From positions 1 to 35,148 of the forward strand of contig NW_021832088.1 of NCBI RefSeq assembly GCF_006345805.1: a stretch of DNA of 35,148 nucleotides, in the 5' to 3' direction. Positions 1-12,021 of this stretch are shown here, one piece after another; within the stretch, counting starts at the first letter, position 1; each line of letters starts with the position of its first letter. Position numbers and translations under genes: made by a program. The notes beneath the pieces are model-generated. The model was not told the DNA's origin. It saw only the letters and a list, made by a program, of their open reading frames with translations, and ran no database searches. This DNA comes from Octopus sinensis (lineage: Eukaryota).

Positions 1-56
1 GCAGACGTTTGATGGCTTTCAATATTGTCCTGGTCATTGTAACTAAACTAACAGCA

Positions 57-75
57 ATTATTATTATTATTACTA

Positions 76-106
<31 letters not shown>

Positions 107-171
107 TATTATTATTATTACTATTATAATTATTATTATTATTATTATTACTATTATTATTATTATTACTA

Positions 172-202
<31 letters not shown>

Positions 203-261
203 TATTATTATTATTACTATTATTATTATTATTATTATTACTATTATTATTATTATTACTA

Positions 262-292
<31 letters not shown>

Positions 293-308
293 TATTATTA
301 TTATTATT
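57..308. repeat. (ATT)n microsatellite with periodic ACT interruptions (48-bp higher-order unit)
   Basis: Frame translation gives I5-T-I9-T repeated, i.e. ATT runs of 5 and 9 alternating between ACT units. Confidence 0.95.
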
Positions 309-2249
309 GCTATTAGTTTTATTGTGGTATTCTGCTTACTCGCGTCAAAATGTTCGCCAAATTGAAGAAATTTTCGCGTTTATGGTAGTAATTCCTGATA
401 GATGTTGCAGTATGTATACCTTGGTATGTATGTACTTATGTGTGTGTGTTTGTGTGTTTGTGTGTGTTTGCATATGTGTTTGTGTATATTTTAGTGCAAG
501 TTGAACTTTAATAAACAATGATGTCCTTATTATAGTTATTATTGTTATTATTATTATTATTGTTGTTGTTGTTGTTTCTGATGTTTTATTATATTCTTCT
601 ACTGGTTTTTTAAAATCTTTTTTCTCCAAAATTTTTCTTCTTGTGTACCGGCACGCCATTAGAATGTCGTTAAATTCTGTTCTAAACGGGATGGAACGGA
701 GACAAAATGTCTGAGTAGTTGAGATAATTACCTACCGATCTATTGTATATAAATTCAAATATACTACAGTTCAGATACGCATCCAGTGTAGCCGTCTTTT
801 CTAAAAGATGGTAGACTATGAGCTGCGGTATATATGGTTGCTATTTCTAGCAGACAAATATACCAGTAGTGGTTCTCTTGGTCTCCATGCTGAAACTAAT
901 ACCGTTTATAACAGAACATTACAAAACTAATGTTACCTGTTTAGAACTTGGTCGATTCTACGTTTATAAGTTAACCATTTTGATTGCCAGTGTGAAATAA
1001 TGTCTGTGACAAAACATGAACCAATGGAATTTCCACTATCTAGTGCTCCTCCCACTTACAACTAATGCAAAGCCGCCCAGTTCTTCCTTTCTGAAGTTTT
1101 GAGTTAAAAAGCCGCAAACTTCGCGACCATTAAACCACGTCGAGCAGTCGTCAGTCATGGTGCAGCTGAACCAAACATTTTCGTTCTTTCACGCCAAAAT
1201 ACTTTATTAAACTCTTTCTAAATTATAGTGCAAGGATTTCGCATTTATTCTGACGAAAATAATTACCCAGCTGATGGATTATTTGATTGAAGATATGTAC
1301 TCAAGCAATAATCACTCAATGTTTTTATGGTTGGTGTTTTGCCCGGATTCTCGTTAGGTGGGGACTAAATAAATATAGACTAAAGGATTCCCACCAACTT
1401 GGCAAAATCCTTTTTGCTTCCACTTCACACCAACAATAGTTTTGAGATAACCTCCATTTTGTCTGCGGCCCGTGCAGACATACAGTACATAGAGTACATA
1501 CATTGCCAGCCCCTCCCCAAATCTAAAACTCCAGTGCGAAAATACCTTCAATCCTTTGAAACCAACGAAGGCCTCGACCCTGACTCTGTCCCTTATTTTA
1601 AACTCAAACTTTGCATTCTAGAGTAGTCCTTGCACTCACTAAACTTTTCAATCAGCCCCTCTCTCCAGGGATCTACGCTAATCTTTGTAGACACGCCACA
1701 GTATGTCCCATTCCAAGAAAGTTAAACCACTTCAACTTGTCCAATTATCGCCCGATCTCGTTAACCGCTGATATTTCTCAGGTTATGGCGACAGCCATTA
1801 ATAACAACGTTCTCCAACACCTTGGGCCTTTCTTTCGATTTAATGGTCACCAGTGAGGTTGCCATAAAGCCAGATACACAGATATCTTCTGCAGATGAGC
1901 TCTATCCCTCGAGGAATTTAGTGACAGCAATGTTGTTGCCCTCGACATCAGCAAAGCGTTAAACTGTGACTGGTATGCGAGTTTCCTGTAAGCAGCATTT
2001 GTCCCTCCTCTCTTCGACTGGTACCATCTTTTTAGATCATATTTTTGCCGCATATGTTCGAGCTGTTTCTCTTTCTCATTCTATCAGCTCAGGCAGGCCC
2101 AGGGTTTAGTTTTTCCCCCCTCTTTTCCTTCGACTAACTTGTTACCAAATCCAGTGACAGTCACTCTTAGGGACAAACCCCACCATTCCTCCCTAATACT
2201 CCCCGACCGTCCTTTCTCCATTCTTGGCCCAAACACTACACACTAAACT

Positions 2250-2430
2250 CACGCGCAGCTTTGTGGTTAGAATGTTGGACTCGTGATCGTATGATTGGGG
2301 TTTCAATTCCCGGACCGGGCAACGCGTTGTGTTCTTGAGCAAAATACTTCATTTCACGCTGCTCCGTTCCACTCAGATGGCAAAAGTGAGTTAACCTGCG
2401 AAGGACTGATGTCCCATCCACGAAGGAATA
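2250..2430 (+). mobile_element. tRNA-derived CORE-type SINE
   Basis: A-box-like GCAGCTTTGTGGTTAG, B-box-like GTTTCAATTCC (2300-2310), then CORE-like TGTGTTCTTGAGCAAAATACTTCATTTCAC. The same core recurs at 9450-9500 on the minus strand. Confidence 0.8.
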
Positions 2431-2952
2431 ACAACTCTATATGACTGGGGAAGAATCTTTTTAACTAAGTCCTCACTGACTCTATGAAATCATCCTCCTA
2501 TGGAGATATACCAATCTTTTCTATTTCATCGGCAACAAAGCATAAACATTATTCATATGAAAAAAAAAAATACATCATGGCGTCACACACTACTTAATCG
2601 TGAGTAGCACTCAAAACCAGCCCTCGAAATTTCCCCAAACGTTGGGCTCACAATTACTGCAGACTTCTCCTGGGGAAAGGACAACCTTAACATTGCTCGG
2701 AACATAACGACTAACCTTAATTTCATCGGGGCCAAAAAAACACTTCAATCGTTAACGTTGATACTCTCTAACGATCAGACAAAGGACACAACGAAGTATT
2801 GCTTTGACATCTGGGACGGTGCTGTTTTTATTCACGCAGACATTCTGGTCCGCATTCAGATAAGAACCTGCAGACTGGTTGTCATAACATCACTCACAGA
2901 CATACTTCAGTTTCAGGTAAACAAACAAGCTGCCTCATCTTTCCATCTTTTC

Positions 2953-3216
2953 CGGTTCTCCGTTGGTTACGACGATGAACAGCCTGTTCGTGAAATTAAC
3001 ATGCAACCGGTTGAGCACCACACAGGCACACGTACCCTTAACATAGTTCTCAGGGAGATTTAGCATGACAAAGTACGACAGGGCTGGCCCCACTGAATTA
3101 CAGGTACGACTCATTTTTGCCAGCTGAGTTGACCGGAGCAACGTGAAATAATCGAAATCATGACATTTCGACCGTGAGTCGAATACCTCAATCACTCAGC
3201 TACACGCCTCCACTCG
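2953..3216 (-). mobile_element. CORE-type SINE (internally deleted) inserted in the CR1 relic with an 8-bp TSD
   Basis: Core TATTTCACGTTGCTCCGGTCAACTCAGCTGGCAAAAATGAGT shared with the 2250 and 9245 copies. Flanked by direct repeat ATCTTTTC (2945-2952 and 3217-3224). Removing it restores the LINE frame HLF|YRYYKG. Confidence 0.85.
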
Positions 3217-3262
3217 ATCTTTTCTACCGCTACTATAAAGGTTCCTTGCTTTATATATATAT

Positions 3263-3298
<36 letters not shown>

Positions 3299-3299
3299 G

Positions 3300-3332
<33 letters not shown>

Positions 3333-3516
3333 TGTGTGTGTGTGTGTATGTGTGTGTGTGTGCGTGTGTGTGGTATATGTATTTTATTTCGTCAAGAACT
3401 AAAATCCCTTAAGGGATGCGAGCATCCTAGTCCACCTCGTTAGTTTATCATTGCAACGTATAGGTATTAAAAACTTTATGAATGAGAAAAGAAAGAAAAT
3501 AGAAGAAATTGATGAA

Positions 3517-3837
3517 GAGACGTTATTTATTAAAGGCATTCGAATTCATACAAAGAAATTCCTGCCCTACAGCTGTTTCCAGATTCGATCATTTCAATTG
3601 CAGAAATAAAATTCAAATTCCCATATTCAAAACCAGTCAGTTGGGTATTTCTTCAGGGAGAATTTCCAAAAGAAGTCACATTTAAACGCATAGGCTAACC
3701 TATAACAAAGTCAGACTGGTTTCGAATATGAGAATTTGTATTTTTTTCTCTAATTGATTGATTGGGGTGTGGAAACAGACTGTTGTAGCAGAAATTTCTC
3801 TGCATCAATTTGACTGACATTAAATAAATAACGTCTC
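3517..3837. mobile_element. ~320-bp fold-back element with ~125-bp imperfect inverted arms (MITE-like or inverted Penelope pLTR pair)
   Basis: 3517-3640 aligns by eye with the reverse complement of 3712-3837 (GAGACGTTATTTATT...GTTTCC...AAATTCYCATATTC.AAACCAGTC). Roughly 70% identity, estimated. Confidence 0.75.
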
Positions 3838-3868
3838 TACGTCAATTTTTTCCTATTTCCTTCATCTT

Positions 3869-3910
<42 letters not shown>

Positions 3911-3924
3911 ATATATATATAATA

Positions 3925-3955
<31 letters not shown>

Positions 3956-4271
3956 AGTGTTTATATATATATATGTATATGTATTTTTAAATCAGTTCCA
4001 ACTCAAGCATTCCCATCCCATTTATCAGACCTCTCCAGATTCAGCATCAACTTCGATACCCAATCCTTCTTCCCTTAAATGCCGTCCCTCCTTCCAGTGG
4101 ACATATCTTTTTCTCCTCAGACACTGACGTTCAAAGATTCACGGTTCGAAAGAGGTATTACCTTGCAATGAAACTCTCGGTCACAAGTCACTTCTATAAC
4201 TGCAATTTCAGCGGAGGGATTAATTCATTGACTGTAGGACTGGTATTTATTTTGTCGACTTCAGCAATAAA

Positions 4272-4274
<3 letters not shown>

Positions 4275-4316
<42 letters not shown>

Positions 4317-4494
4317 ATATATAGATATAGATATATATGCACATATCTACATACACTCGCACACACATGCATATAGAGGAAATACATATCTATAAGTACA
4401 TATGTATATATGCATATTCATTTGTCTACATACATATATCTATAGTTATCTAGTTATCTGTCTGTCAATTTATATGTCTATCTGTCTCTCTTCA

Positions 4495-4579
<85 letters not shown>

Positions 4580-4819
4580 CCTCTAATCTAGTTGCCTACA
4601 CTAATACATACGAAAAAAAATTTATATATACACATATACATGTATAATTTATATACATGATATATACAATGTATACGGCCCACCCATATATATATATGTG
4701 CGTGTGTGCGTGTGTATATACTGTATATACATACATATATAAGTATATATATATGTATATATATATATAGACATATTTACATATCTATATGTATGTGTGT
4801 TTATATATATAAGTATATA

Positions 4820-4876
<57 letters not shown>

Positions 4877-5020
4877 CAGTATACATATATACATACATAC
4901 ATACACACACACACATGTATATTATAATATATATATATATCTATATATATATATATATATAATATATATATATATATATAATATATATTACATATATATA
5001 TATATATATATAATAATACG
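4275..5020. repeat. Compound microsatellite block (TA)n/(TATC)n/(TACA)n
   Basis: Direct inspection; (TATC)n core at ~4497-4580. Confidence 0.95.
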
Positions 5021-5429
5021 TATATTTATTTATTTATAAGCCTCCAGAAACTCTATAATCATTATATTTCCTACGTTTGGGATATCTGAATATTCATTCC
5101 ATATTCCAGTGAAATTTGGTAAAAATTTCCTGACGCTTTTAGTGGTTATTATTTTATTGTCGTTTGTGTCTTGGAATTGATACCAATTCCAGGAGATATT
5201 CTCCTTTCATGGTGGTCTTTGACAACAATATTTCACAGAACTGTTGTTTTTACTGTATCCATAAAGACCGATATATCAAAGAATATGGTTTTGTATTTAT
5301 TTTTGCAGGTTTTCGGTGAATTGTTAATGTTTATAACATCATCCCTTCAGTTGCGACCGAAGAAAATAATGATGGTGGAGCACATCGCAGAAACACGCTC
5401 TCACACTCCTCGCTCAGCCTGCTGCTTGT

Positions 5430-5619
5430 TTAGACATACATACATACATACATACATACATACATACATACATACATGCATATGAACATGTCTATATACA
5501 TATCTATATTTTATATGTATTATATAACATATACGTGTATATATACTGTATGATTCGTTCACTTTGTATGTATATTGTATGATTCTTTCACTCTATCTAT
5601 CTATCTATCTATCTATCTA

Positions 5620-5681
<62 letters not shown>

Positions 5682-5688
5682 CTCTCTC

Positions 5689-5753
<65 letters not shown>

Positions 5754-5918
5754 TGCATATATATATATATGTATTGTATATATATGTATATATATATAGA
5801 ATGTTATAGATAATAATATACACCATAGACAATTTCAACAACTTTCGCCTATTTTCTACGCACTATTGCTTGTATTGCTATGTTATGTTTATATATATAT
5901 ATATATATACATACATAC

Positions 5919-5953
<35 letters not shown>

Positions 5954-6250
5954 CACATATATATATACATATATATATACATATGCATATGATGTGTATA
6001 TACGTTAGTGTGTGTGTATATATATACGTATGCATATATATATATATATATATATATGCGTGTGTGTGTGTCTGTGTGTATGTATGTGTAGATACATGCA
6101 TACGTGCACATTTATGTTACAATTATAACACACACACACACACTCTCCTATATACATATATATTTATATATGTGTATGTGTGTGAAAACATATATATATA
6201 TACTCACACATACTTATATATAATATATACATGTGTGTGTATGGGTAGGT
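5430..6250. repeat. Compound microsatellite block (TACA)n/(TATC)n/(TC)n/(TA)n/(TG)n
   Basis: Direct inspection. Confidence 0.95.
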
Positions 6251-6904
6251 GTTTGTGTGTAATTAACTGCTACCACAAGTCGTTCATTTTTTAACTGGGT
6301 CTATTTTCTACTTTTAAATTTTAATTTTTCAAGATAAGACTCCTTTTGAATTTTATATTAAATTAACAACAAACTAAATGAAATTCGCGCTGCAGGCAAT
6401 CTTTATATAGATACACCTATACATATGCATCCGTCCATCCATGAATATATACATATTATACATACATACACACTCACTACCGCACACACATTTCCATATA
6501 TATATACATACATCGCACTTGATTACGATGTATAGATACATGCATATATGTGGTTAGGTATGTGCGCATATATCTTATGTACACAATAGATATGTGTGTG
6601 TGTTTATATATAAATTTAGGATTAAATTATTCAAATTCCTTTTCAAAATGAAGCATTAATTTTGAAAAACTTGTTCAAACGTCGCCATATCTATGTGTAT
6701 CTGACACACACTCACTCATACACACACTCACACACACACACACATATTCAACGGGCTTCCAGAAAGTCGTTACAAACTGAATTCATTCACAGGACTTAGT
6801 CTGCGAGGGTCTCTACTAATAGACTCCAGACTAAGATGTACGCAGCGCTATTGAACTCGGAAAACGTTATTACGTGGTGTGCATGTGTATGTGCCTATGT
6901 GGCA

Positions 6905-6947
6905 TATATACATACATATATATATATATATAATATATATATTATAT

Positions 6948-6989
<42 letters not shown>

Positions 6990-7125
6990 TATATATATTA
7001 AAGGGAGATCTCAGTAAAAACCTCCCTTTTAGAGAAAGAATAGCTATAACTCTTTGACTGCTATTTCTAAATTCGGGTGTGTGGTGAGGCAATTCGTTGC
7101 TAAACCCTTAATTGCTTAGTATCAA

Positions 7126-7200
<75 letters not shown>
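6905..7200. repeat. Two (TA)n arrays
   Basis: Degenerate TA run at ~6905-7000 and near-pure (TA)n at ~7128-7200. Confidence 0.95.
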
Positions 7201-7202
<2 letters not shown>

Positions 7203-8048
7203 AGGGTTGAACAGAAAGAATACAAGATAAACGTTAGATGAAAGCAGTGTAGACAAAAAACTAAACGGACGGGAAATTAAACAACGGCACGATACGCGGA
7301 ATATTCGTCGTTGAGATTTCCTCTTCAGTCAAAGACGCAAAATATCATAGCAGTTTCACGCCAGTTACCTTTGATACTACCCAATTTTGCAGGCGCCAGT
7401 GCTTTTATAAAGCTACTGGGAAAAAGCTAGTGAATGTGTGATAAGACAGAAACAAACAAGATATTAGATAAATACAACAGGCAATGAATTATGCATATAT
7501 AACAGCACGACAACTTACGGCTATATACAAATGAAGAAGATAATAATTATATATATACCACAAATACAACAGAAATAGCTTTGAAGCTGTCGAACGAACT
7601 ACATGGGGTTGCGCAAAGAGAAAATAAGAGTAAGTCTTAGAGGATAGAATGGACGTAGCAAGAGCGTGAGTAGTCTGATCAAAGGTAGGGCGAGAAAGAA
7701 CGACACCGATTTTACCGGGCACCGGTCACGTGGCATTGAAGAGGAAGTGTTGAGAGAGGGAACTAGGAGGCAACAGAGAAGAAGAAAACGAAGGAGCAGA
7801 GTAAGAAAGAGAGGGCAAGAATAGAGAATATATGTCTGTGTGTGTATATATATAAACACATATATGTATATATATGTAATTGTGTGTGTGTGTGTTTATA
7901 TGTATACATACATAAAAATGTCAAAGATATAAAATTAAAAATATAAAAAAATAAGATATGTATAAAAGGAAAATTATATATATATTATATATACACCACA
8001 TATATACATATATATACATGCATATATACATACATATATATATAACAT

Positions 8049-8082
<34 letters not shown>

Positions 8083-8232
8083 CCTTCATCTGGTTTTAAA
8101 AGCCACATCAGCCGCCATGATGGATCTAAGGTGTAAGTACAAGAGGTGGTCAGACATAAGGGGTAGACAACCCACCATACGTACATACATACATACATAC
8201 ATACATACATACATACATACATACATACATAC

Positions 8233-8297
<65 letters not shown>

Positions 8298-8326
8298 TTA
8301 GGTTTATGTGTGTTTATCATTTATCT

Positions 8327-8672
8327 TTTACTTGCTTCAGTCATTGGACCGCGGGCATTCTGGGGCTCCGACTTGACCAATCTTAGTCGAATGAATCGAT
8401 ACCAGTATTTATCGTTTTAAAAACTTGTTGTATCGGTCACTTTTGCCGAACCATTAAGTTAACACACCAACACCAGTTGTGAAGCGGTACTGGGAGAAAG
8501 AACCCCTCACCACATAAAATATACACGACCGGCTTCTTTCAGTTTCTGTCTACAAAATTCACAAATTCATACAAAGATTTGGTCGGCCCGAAGCTATCGT
8601 AGAAGATACCTGCCCAATGTGTCAGACAGAGGACCTGAACCGGGAACTATGGTTAGGAAGCAAACTTTTCAC
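8327..8672 (-). mobile_element. tRNA-derived SINE, family A
   Basis: Similar along its length to 19110-19455 and, in the opposite orientation, to 30960-31263 (CAGTCATT..GCCATGCTGG..TTTGCCGAACC.CTAAGTT..ACACCAACACC.GTTGT..CTTCTTTCAGTTTC.GTCTAC). B-box-like GGTTCAGGTCC on the minus strand near 8635. Confidence 0.85.
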
Positions 8673-8992
8673 TTTTACCATTTATAAACTCAGCGTACAA
8701 TTTCCACAGTGACTCTTAGAAACCGACAAGACGAGCCAGCTTAACCCCAGGCAGCCGGATAAGAGCCACCGATGAGCATTAATATAAATGCGAAGTCACT
8801 GGTGATCTTGCTATGCCCTTGATGCTGTAGGGAGCTTGCTTCTCTTGTCAGTCATAAGATAAGTGCTTCATCGTGGCTACGAGTTGTCTTGACTCTTATT
8901 TCTAGCATTGCTAGTTCTTACTACTAACCTTAGTCACTTTAGTGACGTATATACTTCTGCGTTTCGGTTGTAAATTGCGAATAAGCCACCAT

Positions 8993-9052
<60 letters not shown>

Positions 9053-9244
9053 CACACATTCGGTGTGTGTTGCGTTCCATTACTTAATAAAAGAAAAAAA
9101 ATTTATGGTAAATAAACAAATGACTTGATGTATACTAAATGTAAAAATGAATGGTTGACAAACGGAAGGTCCGTAATTCTTCATCGGTTATCGATCAATT
9201 GGTAATATGTGCATATTACCAATATGTTACCAGGAAAGGTAAAG

Positions 9245-9580
9245 AAGACCCACTTCGGTCATGAAGGACCAAGGGATTTGCACCTGGAAAGTTCCCCGCT
9301 GAGGCAAAAGTTTGGGCAAGGTTGTATATGGAAGACCAGCAGTCACCCATGCATACAAGTCACCCCTCTCTATGCCACCGATGTTGTTCGAGGGAAAGGC
9401 ACAGGGGCCAATACAGTTTGGCACCAGTGATGTTGCAACTCATTTCTACAGATGAGTGAACTGGAGCAACGTGAAATAAAGTGTCTTGCTCAAGAACACA
9501 ACACAACACACATACCGGACCGGGAATCGAACTCATTAACTCACAATTTCAAACAAAAGGCTCTAACCACTGAGCCATTC
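9245..9580 (-). mobile_element. tRNA-derived CORE-type SINE
   Basis: Minus strand has A box TGGCTCAGTGGTTAG, B box GAGTTCGATTCC, then GTTCTTGAGCAAGACACTTTATTTCACGTTGCTCCAG. Confidence 0.85.
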
Positions 9581-9789
9581 AGATATATTAACCCGTGTAG
9601 AAAAAACCTATATGCTTATACTAATACAAACACACAATCAAACACATACAGCTACGAATAGGTAGATATGGAAGAATATCACGCGGGTTCATCTGTTCGT
9701 TGGGCCCATACGTTTGTCAGTAGATGTACAAATACACACATGCACACGTGCGATTATACACATATACGCATATACACAGAAAAGAACGT

Positions 9790-10355
9790 AGTGACATACA
9801 TGCAGACATACATGCAGACATACATGCATACATACATACACAATGCATACATGTACATACAAGCATACATACATACAGACATATATGCATACATACATAC
9901 ATGTACGTACATGCATGCATAAATACATACATACAAACGTACATACATAGCTGCATGCATGTATAAATACATGCATACATGCATACATACATATATGTAT
10001 GCTTACATACATTCATACATACATGCATACACACACACATACATACATACATACATAAATACATGCATACATACATATATACATACAAACATACATGCAT
10101 GCATAGACACATGCATACACACATACATACATACATACATAGACACATGCAGACAGACATATATGCATACATACATATATGTACATACATGCATGCATAA
10201 ATACATACATTCGTACATATATACATGCATGTATACAAGCATGCATGCATACATACACATATACATACTCACATACAAACGTAATACATAGTTGCATGCA
10301 TACATACGTACATACATTACATGCATACATACATACACACATGTACATGCATGCA
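9790..10355. repeat. Degenerate (TACA)/(TGCA) tetranucleotide satellite
   Basis: ~560 bp of mixed CATA/CATG units; the source of the overlapping MYVC-type pseudo-ORFs. Confidence 0.95.
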
Positions 10356-10849
10356 TAAATGCGTCGATATATCCGCTTCTTGCTTGAGGGCAGTTATTGA
10401 GTAACTCGTTGCTCGTTCCAGGACGGCGTATTTTAGCTGTCGAAGAATCTCTCTTGATTAAAAAAGACGAATGGTAAGAATGGTAATGTTTAGTGAAAGG
10501 AACGAAAGAGTCAGAGAATGAAAGAATATGAGTGTTGGAGCGGCGGGGAGGGACGAAGCGGTTAGAAGTCCAGAATGAAATGAAGGAAGCGAATAAAGAT
10601 TGGACTTGTAAGAATATCTCGAGGTCTTGAGATGGTGTTATTTTTAGAGCCGTCATGCTTTTAATCAAGAATCTACTGCAAACAGCCTGCAACAAAGGAC
10701 CCTCGGATCTAATATTGAGATTTGGAAAAAGAGAGAGAAAATGGCGGTGGAGAGATCGAGCGAGCGAGCGGTGAACCGATACTGGTCGAAACATTTTTAG
10801 GTCGTGTCTTCCGGCGTTGGTATGTAGATATGCACACAGGCACGCGCGC

Positions 10850-10978
10850 AATATGTATATTTATATATATATAATATATATATATTATATATAGATATAT
10901 ATATATATATATTATACACATACATTATATATGTATATATATATTGTATGTATAATATATATATATATAAAGATATAT

Positions 10979-11022
<44 letters not shown>

Positions 11023-11385
11023 TATGTATATGTATAACAGCATATATATGTATGCATATAAAAAATACCCCGCAATGCTTATATATATATATATATATAT
11101 ACACATACATGCATACGTACATATATATACATATATGTATGTATATATATGTGTGTGTGTGCGTGTGTGTGTATGTGTGCGTATTTGTATGGGGATGATT
11201 ATATTACTGTACACATGCACGTATTTACATATATGCATGTATATAGATATATTCATACATGTACATGTGTATACATACATATTCGGGGGTACAGATACCA
11301 ACATATACATTTGTATATATGTATGTATTTATAAATATATATATGCGTGCCTGTGTGTGTGTGTTTGTCTGTGCGCGCGCGCGCG
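10850..11385. repeat. Compound (TA)n/(TG)n/(TACA)n block
   Basis: Direct inspection. Confidence 0.9.
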
Positions 11386-11581
11386 TGTATATGCAGTGTG
11401 CGTGTCTTTAAATGGAGTATGTCCGTGTGAGGGTGGATCTACATGGGAAGTGCTTTCTCGTTCTTTTTGTTTATTTCCAGTTTAAAGACGCTGAAAAATG
11501 AGAGACGAAGAAAAAGTGAGAAAGTATTAGAGAACGATATGGAGATAGATATAAATATAGATGAATGGACATTGCTAAAGT

Positions 11582-11629
11582 GATAGACAAACAGATAGAT
11601 AGATAGATTGATAGATAGATAGATAGATA
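11582..11629. repeat. (GATA)n array abutting the 3' end of the Tx1-like element
   Basis: GATAGACAAACAGATAGATAGATAGATTGATAGATAGATAGATAGATA lies directly before the element end. Confidence 0.9.
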
Positions 11630-12021
11630 TGTTTCTTTATTAGCCACACAGGGCTGCACACAGATAGAACAAATTACAAGTAGAGCTTTCTTTTGAAGGT
11701 ATTAAAAAAAAAAAAAAAAAAAAAAAAAAGGAAGGGGGAGGTTCGATCAAAAGGGATCGTAAAAGGAGAGAAAGAGGACAAAAATAAGGGGGGTTAAAAA
11801 AAATAAAAAAAAAGGGGGGGAGAGGAAAAAAAATGATCAATAGGGATCGTTATCACAGAATGTCAATATGAGTGTAAAGGGGAGACAGGTGAGGTTTACC
11901 CGTGGAAAGAAAAGCCTGCGAAAAGACCACGGTAACCTCGGTCAATGAAGTCACATTTTATATTTCTTTTTTTCTTTTTTTTTTTTTTTTGCAAATCACC
12001 TCTCTGTTTTCGATTTCTGGG

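Larger units (their letters stand above)
1400..4160 (+). mobile_element. Degraded CR1/L2-group (Jockey-type) LINE ORF2 (RT and C-terminus), interrupted by younger insertions
   Basis: Collinear RT motifs: GLDPDSVP..LKLC (~1570-1615); LTKLFN..PGIY..HATVCPIP..SNYRPISLT (1611-1856 ORF); VALDISKA (~1935-1960); ITADFSW (~2650); KYCFDIWDGA..RIQ (2758 ORF); LFYRYYKG (rejoined across a SINE); HSHP..QSFFP..LP (~4010-4110). Many stops and frameshifts. Confidence 0.85.

Noticed and set aside
4115-4155. CTGACG...GAAA resembling an HHR core
   Set aside because: Core mismatch and no stems; the segment is better explained as the CR1 ORF2 C-terminus (QSFFP..LP..F).
5290-5430. Possible exon after TTTTTGCAG (5308)
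   Set aside because: No donor before the frame runs into (TACA)n, and no recognisable protein similarity.
7300-7335. Minus-strand CTGAAGAG-GAAAT-CTC-AACGAC, HHR-like
   Set aside because: Stem II is only 1-3 bp, GAAA is absent and there is no stem I; too degenerate to support.
10003-10851. 282-aa minus-strand ORF
   Set aside because: Half is TACA satellite and the rest has no motif. The CpG-containing 10370-10830 island could be regulatory, but I cannot support a call.
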